From Meyerozyma guilliermondii (taxonomy: Eukaryota): a stretch of DNA of 64,000 nucleotides. The translations under genes and the position numbers were made by a program. The stretch spans positions 992,001 through 1,056,000 of the forward strand of contig CP128817.1 of assembly GCA_051546255.1 (NCBI GenBank), given 5' to 3'. The notes under the pieces were generated by a model. The model was not told the origin of the DNA and made no database searches. It saw nothing but the letters and a program-made list of their open reading frames with translations. Positions within the stretch are counted from its first letter, which is position 1. Each line of letters opens with the position of its first letter. Shown piece by piece: positions 21,598 to 29,998 of the stretch.

Positions 21598-24453
21598 ATG
21601 GCGATTTCGCTTTCAGGCTCCAATGACGGGCCAGCAAAAGAGGAGGCGTTTTTCCGGTCTGCTCCGATGACCCTTGTTCAATTTTACGTTACAATAGAGC
21701 TTGCTCGTGATGTGGTGTACGCCTTAGGAAACCTCGGAGACGTTCATTTCCGAGACTTAAATTCAAAATTGACACCATTCCAAAGAACTTTTATAGCCGA
21801 ATTGCGGCAGAACGATGTGGTGGAGGCCCGGTTGACATATCTTCAAGGGGTAATGATGAAACACGAGATTTGGACGGGAGATCCGTTTGCCAAGTTGACA
21901 GCAGACCGGGCACCTTTTCCGAAAGCCTCCGATGTCGATAGTCTCAGGAGCCGGATTTTGGAAGTATATGAGCGGATTAAGCATCTAGATGAGTCCTTTG
22001 TGGAATTAGACCAGCGGTACTTGAAATACGTCGAGAACAGACATGTGGTACAGGCTCTTGAAGATTTCCATAAAAATGCCTGGTCCGAATCCGAAGTCCG
22101 TGCCTCTATGGATCGTCCTAGTATAGACGGTGACGACGTAGCATTGCTTAACGCACGAAATCGCAGCTTGGAGTTGGGAAGTTTTGAGATTGATGACGAA
22201 GACCGCGATGAACTCACACCGGAAACGGCTGATTTAGACATTTCCTTTGATGCTATATCGGGTACAATTGCAACGGAAAAGATAGGTTTGCTTCGCAAGA
22301 TTCTCTGGAGAACTTTAAGAGGAAACCTTTATTTTCACGATATACCCATAACCTCCACCAAGCTTTCCAATTTCAACCCCAAGACCCCAGAACTCATTGA
22401 CAAAAGCGTCTTCATCCTTTTTGTTCACGGAGACATGCTTCGACTTCGTGTCAACCGCATAATTCTGTCGTTGGATGGAATTGTTTACGACAACGTTAAC
22501 GGCAGTGCCGTTGACCGGTCTCGCACATTTGCCAGTCTCAACTTGAGTATCACCGACTTGTCAACGGTGGTGGATAATACACGAAATCACTTGATGACCG
22601 AGTTGTCTGTGCTCAAGGAAGCTTACCCCAATTGGTGGTTTATAATCCAGCGTGAAAAACTCATATATCAGGTGCTCAACACCTTCGATAACGATGCCGC
22701 CAGACGGTGCTTAGTGGGTGAAGGATGGATTCCCAAATCGGACCTCAATACTGTTAGAACCACCTTGAAGCAGTTGATAAGAAAACGGTCTGCTCCTCGC
22801 GCATTTGTCAACGAGCCCGAACTGCTGGATCATGAGTCAACTTCAACTCCAAGTTCTCCTGGTCGTTCTAGTTCCGTTGATCTTTTATTTGCAATTGAAG
22901 ACGACCACGACGCTGAAGATGCTCAATTTGAGTCTGACGATGAAGATGCTCTCATTGCTGTCGTTACCGAACTCTCAACTAACAGAACCCCTCCAACTTT
23001 CCATCGTACAAACAAGTTCACCTCAGCTTTCCAGCTGATTATAGACGCTTATGGAATAGCCACCTATCAAGAAGTGAACCCGGGTCTTGCTACCATCATC
23101 ACGTTTCCTTTCATGTTCGCTATCATGTTCGGCGACATAGGGCATGGATTTATAGTACTCCTTGTGGCTCTCTACTTGATCAAAAACGAGAACATATTCG
23201 GACCCATGCGAAATAAGGACGAAATATTCGAAATGGCATTTAATGGACGCTACATCATTCTTCTCATGGGGGTATTTTCCATGTACACGGGTTTGATCTA
23301 TAACGATATTTTTTCCAAATCTATGACGTTATTCAAGTCAGGATGGAAATGGGAGTTTCCAAAAGACTACGACTTTAGCAAGGATGGTGCCATCAGCCTT
23401 GTTGCTCAAAAGATTCCTGGCCATACATACTTCTTTGGATTAGATTGGGCGTGGCATGGTTCTGAGAACAATTTGTTATTCACCAACTCATTGAAAATGA
23501 AACTCTCGATTTTGATGGGTTATATTCATATGAATTATTCTCTTATGTTCAGTTTGGTTAACTATCGATACTTCAAATCCAGAGTTGACATAATTGGAAA
23601 CTTCATTCCGGGTTTCCTCTTCATGCAAAGTATCTTTGGCTACTTGGCTCTCACCATTTTGTACAAGTGGAGTGTGGATTGGTTCGGAATTCAAAAACAA
23701 CCTCCTGGCTTATTGAACATGCTCATCAACATGTTTTTATCACCAGGATATATCGAGGACCAATTATACCCGGGGCAAAAATTCGTTCAGATAGTGCTTC
23801 TTTTGGTGGCTCTTGTATGTGTTCCTTGGTTGTTGGTCTACAAGCCGTTAACATTACGCCGACAAAATAACCGAGCCATTGAATTGGGCTACAGCGACTT
23901 GCATTCTCAGCACAATCATGATATACAGCGCCATGTTGAAGAGCAAGCTCTTGACGAAAGTGGTATTGACGATGGTTTGAATCATGATGTTCCTGATGAA
24001 ATCGATATGTTAGACGATGGGTTCAGGTTCCCCAACGATATTGAGCCATTGCATCATACGGCGGCTCATGGAGATGGAGATGAGTTCAATTTTGGTGATG
24101 TTGTAATTCATCAAGTAATTCACACAATTGAGTTTTGCTTAAACTGTGTGTCTCATACTGCATCGTACCTTCGATTATGGGCTTTATCGTTGGCCCATGC
24201 TCAATTGTCGTCGGTTTTATGGTCTATGACGATACAAAATGCATTTGGTATCACCGGAGCCAAAGGGGTTGTAATGACCGTCTTTCTCTTTGGATTATGG
24301 TTTATTTTGACGGTTTGTATATTGGTGATGATGGAAGGCACTTCTGCCATGTTGCATTCCTTGAGATTGCATTGGGTCGAAGCTATGTCGAAATTTTTCG
24401 AGGGAGAAGGTTATGCATACGAACCGTTTACATTCAACAAGATTGACGTTTAA
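21598..24453 (+). CDS. STV1: V-ATPase V0 subunit a (probably the Stv1 isoform)
   Basis: EEAFFRSAPMTLVQFY, PPTFHRTNKFT, FPFMFAIMFGD, HTIEFCLNCVSHTASYLRLWALSLAH, LRLHWVE; family certain, STV1 versus VPH1 is a judgement. Confidence 0.8.
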   Translation: MAISLSGSNDGPAKEEAFFRSAPMTLVQFYVTIELARDVVYALGNLGDVHFRDLNSKLTPFQRTFIAELRQNDVVEARLTYLQGVMMKHEIWTGDPFAKLTADRAPFPKASDVDSLRSRILEVYERIKHLDESFVELDQRYLKYVENRHVVQALEDFHKNAWSESEVRASMDRPSIDGDDVALLNARNRSLELGSFEIDDEDRDELTPETADLDISFDAISGTIATEKIGLLRKILWRTLRGNLYFHDIPITSTKLSNFNPKTPELIDKSVFILFVHGDMLRLRVNRIILSLDGIVYDNVNGSAVDRSRTFASLNLSITDLSTVVDNTRNHLMTELSVLKEAYPNWWFIIQREKLIYQVLNTFDNDAARRCLVGEGWIPKSDLNTVRTTLKQLIRKRSAPRAFVNEPELLDHESTSTPSSPGRSSSVDLLFAIEDDHDAEDAQFESDDEDALIAVVTELSTNRTPPTFHRTNKFTSAFQLIIDAYGIATYQEVNPGLATIITFPFMFAIMFGDIGHGFIVLLVALYLIKNENIFGPMRNKDEIFEMAFNGRYIILLMGVFSMYTGLIYNDIFSKSMTLFKSGWKWEFPKDYDFSKDGAISLVAQKIPGHTYFFGLDWAWHGSENNLLFTNSLKMKLSILMGYIHMNYSLMFSLVNYRYFKSRVDIIGNFIPGFLFMQSIFGYLALTILYKWSVDWFGIQKQPPGLLNMLINMFLSPGYIEDQLYPGQKFVQIVLLLVALVCVPWLLVYKPLTLRRQNNRAIELGYSDLHSQHNHDIQRHVEEQALDESGIDDGLNHDVPDEIDMLDDGFRFPNDIEPLHHTAAHGDGDEFNFGDVVIHQVIHTIEFCLNCVSHTASYLRLWALSLAHAQLSSVLWSMTIQNAFGITGAKGVVMTVFLFGLWFILTVCILVMMEGTSAMLHSLRLHWVEAMSKFFEGEGYAYEPFTFNKIDV

Positions 24454-24693
24454 GGTTTTTAAGCCGATCGGCTCGGCACAGAAATTTTTCCCGCCGATCT
24501 TGCATAATGATTTCATGCAAGATCTTCATCTTTTGCATCGGGGTTATGTGCTGTGCAGGTGAATTCCTGTTTGAGGTAGGAACTACGAATCGAGCCCAGC
24601 CGCACGAACAATCCCGTTTTACCGAGGTATCTGCACTTACGTAATGAACTTGAAAATCGTAATGTCGTATAGTTGTTGTATGCTAAATGATGA

Positions 24694-26604
24694 TTATAGA
24701 TCAATGCGCCTTCCTGCCGTCAATTGTCTCTGTACTTCGTCTATAGTCCATGGGCGTTGTCTGTTTCTCATTTTCTCGTAGAGCATATGCTTGACTTGTT
24801 CCACCGGCAAATTCCGGCGTGAGGCTTCTTGTTCCACAAACCGGATAATTTTCATGCGGGTGTGCCTAAATTGCCGTTCCGAGCTACCATGTACTTTGAG
24901 CCATTCGGTGGTGGATATGCCATTTGCGTAGAGCTCTTTTTCTAACGATTTAAAATCGTCCCACATTTCGTATAAAGTAGCCGCACTTCTCGATAAACGA
25001 CGATGCAAAACCGCATTTCTTTTGGTTGCAAATTCTTCATTATCAAAAGTTGGAACTTCCATCAGCTTTCTTTCTTCGACAAATTGAGTGAGTTTCTGGC
25101 AATTTTGCTCCACGGTTTTGTTCAACTCTTTAATACCTTGACAAGAGTCAAAACTGCAGCGAGATAAGTCTTTCAAAGAGGTTGCAATACTTCTCAACGA
25201 TTGCTCAGCCATGCCGGAAGTACCATTAGACCGTGCCAGATGGAGTATCTGGACCCCATTGAGTGCCTCTTGGATCTTTTGAAGTTGCTGAGACTGTTGT
25301 CTGATGGCCCAATCTTGGTGCCTCATATACCGTTGGAGACGGAGATAATGGTCTTGTTGAAGACGAACCATGCGACGACCTACGGCGTCGTATTGGCTCA
25401 AAGTTGAAGGGGAAACAGAGTGGGTTCTTGGTTCCGGCAGGGAAAAAGGAGAAGATTCTGGAGATGGACTCGAATACATGTCGATGCCGAGGGCCATGGT
25501 TTCGTTTACCCTGGATGCATAAAAGTTGAAACTTGGAGTATTGAAGAATGGATGTTGCAGAACTGGATTATTAGGATACCTGTGCTTGAGAAGAACCATA
25601 TCTTGGACGAGAACATGGCGTAAGTATAGGAAAAGCAGCCGAACATGGAGAAGCAGTGGATCTTCAATGGTAATGTCTCCGTCTATAAATGGGAAAATTT
25701 GCTTTAAAACTTCTTGCGGAGGATCGAGTCGATCACGTCCAATATCGTAGTCGCACCCTCGTTCGAATCCAGCTAGTTTGTATATGATTTGTTGTGGAAG
25801 ATTGTTCAAATTGACCAGGTGCGGCCGGTCGTTGCGAGTAAGATCTTCGTCTCGATTGGTGGTCAAAAGCTTGGGAAGCGAAAAGTTCTTGGAATCCTTG
25901 AGTCCTGCGAGCTCCACTGCCTTCGCCGCAGACTTGTGTTGTTGGGAATATGACATGGCTTGTGAGCTATTGCTTCCTTTCATGAGCTTGATATTTCTGA
26001 ATTTTTCAGCACTCAGGAAGTCCGGTCCAGATTCGGTATTACCATATGCATCTGCAATGTGGTACCTGCTAAACAAGTACATGGCTATACTTGCAACCGG
26101 ACATTTATCCACATCTCGAGCTCGGAGACATCCGGCGTACTGCGGGCCATTGGAAGTGGTGGAATTGTTTGTCGTTATTATCAATGCAATTGGACACGAT
26201 TTGGATCCTTGTTGTTCTAGTTCATACGTTCTCATGTCGGCAATGCATACTTCCCGTCGTTGACCACTGGGGAAAAGAAACGAGTGGCCGAGAGAGAAAT
26301 TGACCAAGGTTCTCAAACAGGTATGGGGTTTAACTTCATCGGTATCACATTCCCAAAGTGGCTTGAGTAGTTGATGATACCTCGAGTCGTCGGAGATATC
26401 ATTGATACTTTCGTCTGAATTTATCGAGTTTGATCGAGACACAGTCATTGATGCAAGAAACATGGCATTCAACTTTCTTAAATAAGGTTCCGACGACCCC
26501 ATCTCTGTTATGCATACCGTATGCGCGATTCTCTGCAGTGGCGGCGTTATGTGCCTCCATGCATGATGCTTTTTCCCATGTTGCAATTCCTGTCCATAAG
26601 CCAT
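24694..26604 (-). CDS. Crypton-derived protein: Ndc10-II-like (degenerate tyrosine recombinase) domain plus C-terminal GCR1_C DNA-binding domain (Cdg1/Hot1-like)
   Basis: YAGCLR.RDV..CPV.SIA.YLF.R, LAGF....Y...R....PP......IFP, LR.VLVQD......YP..P....P.F; C-terminal RLSR...T.YEMW...W......ERQF..TR..II. Confidence 0.75.
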   Translation of the reverse strand: MAYGQELQHGKKHHAWRHITPPLQRIAHTVCITEMGSSEPYLRKLNAMFLASMTVSRSNSINSDESINDISDDSRYHQLLKPLWECDTDEVKPHTCLRTLVNFSLGHSFLFPSGQRREVCIADMRTYELEQQGSKSCPIALIITTNNSTTSNGPQYAGCLRARDVDKCPVASIAMYLFSRYHIADAYGNTESGPDFLSAEKFRNIKLMKGSNSSQAMSYSQQHKSAAKAVELAGLKDSKNFSLPKLLTTNRDEDLTRNDRPHLVNLNNLPQQIIYKLAGFERGCDYDIGRDRLDPPQEVLKQIFPFIDGDITIEDPLLLHVRLLFLYLRHVLVQDMVLLKHRYPNNPVLQHPFFNTPSFNFYASRVNETMALGIDMYSSPSPESSPFSLPEPRTHSVSPSTLSQYDAVGRRMVRLQQDHYLRLQRYMRHQDWAIRQQSQQLQKIQEALNGVQILHLARSNGTSGMAEQSLRSIATSLKDLSRCSFDSCQGIKELNKTVEQNCQKLTQFVEERKLMEVPTFDNEEFATKRNAVLHRRLSRSAATLYEMWDDFKSLEKELYANGISTTEWLKVHGSSERQFRHTRMKIIRFVEQEASRRNLPVEQVKHMLYEKMRNRQRPWTIDEVQRQLTAGRRIDL

Positions 26605-27317
26605 GCCTTACCGACATCTCCATCATGTCAATGTCAAAAGTTGATACAAGTCGTATGATCCTATGCAAGTGATGCCAAGGTTCCCCGCAATATAACGGCG
26701 CTAACCGAAAGGGACAAGAAAATTTGCGTCGGGATTCATGCCGAAAGTCATCTATTTTTTCGAGTTCCGCTCAGGCAATATATGCACGCTGCGCCGCAGA
26801 TTTTACGATGCTCACTCAAACCGGACTTGTTGCAGACGGAGCATGCAACAATTTGACTTAACTTACAAATAGGGTAAAAAAGCCGCACGGGGCCGTTCAT
26901 AGTGATTTGAAACATTGATAGCGGGGCTTGTCCCTTAACAACTTAATTTCGCGTTCTCGCTATGCTGCATGCTTTTGCCGCACCTATTGTTACATTCGCC
27001 TGTTGACAATTTCTTGCGACATGCATGCTACATCTTTTTTCGTCGCTAAGCCGCACGGGGTGCATGGTACCTAATTGCGCTCTCGCATAGGGTGCAAAAA
27101 AAGAACCCACCTTGCATGTCTAAGAAGCAGTAATTCCATGTTGCTCTTGCAACCATACTCCAGATCCGGGGTTGGAGTGACAGTTCTGTGCATATACGCA
27201 TGGAAGAACATTCGATTTGTCGCCAAAATTCCTTTTTTTAGCCCTTCAATTTCACTGCTCGGTCTTCTCCGTGATTACTATTATTACCTAAAATAAGTCA
27301 CTTTCCTAACTTCATAT

Positions 27318-29687
27318 CTATTCTTCTTCTATCTGCAGCTCCATTCCATTCAACACTATGCCCTTCTCGACTACCCAGTCAGAAAGATTGGCACATAACT
27401 CTTGAGGCAAGGTAAGCGTCGATGCGCGATCATTGATCCAAAATCTTGCAACCCTCACTAGTTGATCTAATACGACGGTTGCATTTTCTTCATCACTATT
27501 TTCCTCAACATTGCTTGAAAGTTCATCAATCACACGCAAAACTGCTGTGAAAGAAAGCATCGAAAGTGGAGGCTTGTCGCTTGCAAAATTAAGGTATTTC
27601 AACAATTCCAAGCTCTTTTTAAGGTCCTTCTCTTTATAGTAGATTGCCAATGAGCAAACCAAAACCAAAAATTGCTCTTCAGAAATAACATTGAGAGTGT
27701 CAATCAATGCCTTTTGCTCCAAAAGCGTCTTTTTGGTTGTTTCTGTTTCAATGCTTGCATCTTCCAGTTCAGCTTCAGCTATCGAACTATCGCTGTCCAA
27801 GGTTTCAGAAAATGAACCAAACTCTTTCAAAGACTCTTGAACATCCTTCTCGAGGTCTGTCATTAAGGAAACCGCCAAGTCCTGTGGACTCATGATTGAC
27901 TTGAAGAGCGCGAAATGCTTCTTCAATTTGGATCCTTGAGGACAACTTTCTATAATCTCCTGCAATCCCTTGGTCTTTCTCAGAATAACCTTCATGGATG
28001 TTTCTCTATCGTCATCAGATATACTTTCGAGGTAGGTGATTTCAAGCTGATGTAAAAGCTCCAATACTCGCCAAGACAAAACAATTCCAAAATAGTCATC
28101 GGAGTTATCTTGAAGGTATTCGATGTATTTAAGATGCGAAGGTCCGCCTGTTGATCCCTCATTAATGGGCTTTTTGTATGCCAAGTTGGCAAGACGATCG
28201 ACAAAATCTGGCGACGTGAACATTGCTAATCCGTCCACTTTTTTGATTAGCTTATAGAGTCGAAGAAGCGACTCATTGTCACCGGAATAATCCAAATTTT
28301 TAATCAACATTGCCTTGGTCTTGAGATTTATACTCATGATACGGCCCGCAAGAGGATGCTTGGAACAAAATATCGACCCTATTATCAAGCTTAAAATACA
28401 GCTTTCGAAATTGACCTCTTTTGATGAAAGGTAGAAATAGTTGCTCAACAAGGACCAGCTTGTGAAAGAATCGCTTTTGCCCGCGAGCTTGGTCGTAAGT
28501 TCGTTAAAATGGTCTTTCTTTATTCGACTGGGAAGTTTCACACCCAAATGGACCATAAGTTGCGACAACCCTTCAGTATTCTGGGTTTTGGATTTCTCAT
28601 TTTTGGTGCCAAATTTGAAATATGGCTGAAATATACTTGCAAGTGACATTATCACGAGCGCTATCTTTATTAATCTCCACAATTGGAAGGTAATAGGAGA
28701 TGCAAGTGCCTGAGGAAATATGGGTATAGCTGAAAGGTTTTTAAACTCCAGGTCTCCAGAGAACAACGAGGTACCAACCATGGCGGCCATTCCTCCTAAT
28801 AAAAACCTGTTTGTTGGTTGTTGCTGGTATGGTTCGTTAGTGACAGGCATTGAGGATTGGCTATAGTTGGCCACTGGAGTAGTATTGAAGCTTTGGGAAG
28901 GTGCAAAGCCAAAGCCATTGTGACGGCCAGCCGATGATGGTTCATTTTGCGGGGCAACTGGACGTGGGTTGATACTGGCTTCTTGTATAAGACGCTGGAG
29001 ATTGCGGTTCTCGTTCATAAGGGTTTCGTTTTTCCGTTCGAGATGCCTAATATACTCGGTCGCCTTGTCCAAGACACTTGCCTTGTTCAACTTGGATGCC
29101 GGAGTAAGGCCCTCCAAATCGGCCACACTCACGTCGTTGCACCCCGCAGCAATACGGAGCGACGGCACAGCATCTCTAAGAGCCAAAATCTTGGTGTTGA
29201 TGTTGGTTCTATACTTTCTTTCAATCTGGTTGTGCGAGATCTTGTCCTTACGTCCTGGTTTTGTCACCTTGGAAGTGCAATTTACACTTGGTTTTCTTTC
29301 CTCTGGTGTCACGCTTTCCTCGTTCAGCGTATCCTGTTTTCCAATTGAAATTTGCTCGATTTCCTTTTTTATATATCGAGGCGATGTCTTATTCGAGTAC
29401 GTTGTATCCTGACTCTCAGGAGTCAACCCACCAAAAACATTGGAATCCTGAGAATACGAAGAGCTGCTCATAGAACTCGATTGGAATCCATTCAAAGGTG
29501 GCATTTCCGGGATATTTTGCCTTTCAGCTGGCAAATTCGTTTCTAAATTCATAAACCAGTCGTTCATTTTTTTTTCATCTCCGTTGATAGAATCTGGAGA
29601 TAACGACTGGGCTGCCCCCAGAATACTCTGGAGGAAGTTATCTGTGGTTTCAAAGTCGTAGAAACCAGGATAATCGAAATCTGTCAT
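27318..29687 (-). CDS. CPH2: SREBP-family bHLH-ZIP transcription factor with two membrane segments and long C-terminal domain
   Basis: SHNQIERKYRTNIN (SREBP-diagnostic Tyr), KLNKASVLDKATEYI; hydrophobic segments FLLGGMAAMVGTSLF and LIKIALVIMSLASIF. Confidence 0.85.
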   Translation of the reverse strand: MTDFDYPGFYDFETTDNFLQSILGAAQSLSPDSINGDEKKMNDWFMNLETNLPAERQNIPEMPPLNGFQSSSMSSSSYSQDSNVFGGLTPESQDTTYSNKTSPRYIKKEIEQISIGKQDTLNEESVTPEERKPSVNCTSKVTKPGRKDKISHNQIERKYRTNINTKILALRDAVPSLRIAAGCNDVSVADLEGLTPASKLNKASVLDKATEYIRHLERKNETLMNENRNLQRLIQEASINPRPVAPQNEPSSAGRHNGFGFAPSQSFNTTPVANYSQSSMPVTNEPYQQQPTNRFLLGGMAAMVGTSLFSGDLEFKNLSAIPIFPQALASPITFQLWRLIKIALVIMSLASIFQPYFKFGTKNEKSKTQNTEGLSQLMVHLGVKLPSRIKKDHFNELTTKLAGKSDSFTSWSLLSNYFYLSSKEVNFESCILSLIIGSIFCSKHPLAGRIMSINLKTKAMLIKNLDYSGDNESLLRLYKLIKKVDGLAMFTSPDFVDRLANLAYKKPINEGSTGGPSHLKYIEYLQDNSDDYFGIVLSWRVLELLHQLEITYLESISDDDRETSMKVILRKTKGLQEIIESCPQGSKLKKHFALFKSIMSPQDLAVSLMTDLEKDVQESLKEFGSFSETLDSDSSIAEAELEDASIETETTKKTLLEQKALIDTLNVISEEQFLVLVCSLAIYYKEKDLKKSLELLKYLNFASDKPPLSMLSFTAVLRVIDELSSNVEENSDEENATVVLDQLVRVARFWINDRASTLTLPQELCANLSDWVVEKGIVLNGMELQIEEE

Positions 29688-29764
29688 TGGTATGAGGAGA
29701 AGAAAATTGGTCACAAATTGCAACCAGAATAACTATCAGGTCATTTCCGGGGTAGGCCGAAAAT

Positions 29765-29862
29765 ATCACGCCATTAAGTGCTGTGTGCAGGCTGTGCGGG
29801 TGCAGTTACGTAAGTAAATGACGCGCCAAGGGTTTTCGAAGCTGTGCGTCAAAATGGCGTGA
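29765..29862. promoter_or_regulatory. Two inverted SRE-like elements in the CPH2 promoter
   Basis: ATCACGCCAT 29765-29774 and ATGGCGTGA 29854-29862; SRE consensus ATCACNCCAC. Confidence 0.6.
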
Positions 29863-29998
29863 AATCCTGCGGGAGAACGATGTTGCAGCCGCGACTTGAT
29901 GCAGCCGTGATGGTACCTGGAGAGATGCATGCAGATACGTAAATTCATGAACAATGCATTTACTTCGTACTTCTAAATATAAAGCGCAATTCATTCAC

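Noticed and set aside
24513..27317. Active Crypton mobile element
   Set aside because: Catalytic residues appear lost and there is no second copy or clear termini in the window; treated as a domesticated gene.
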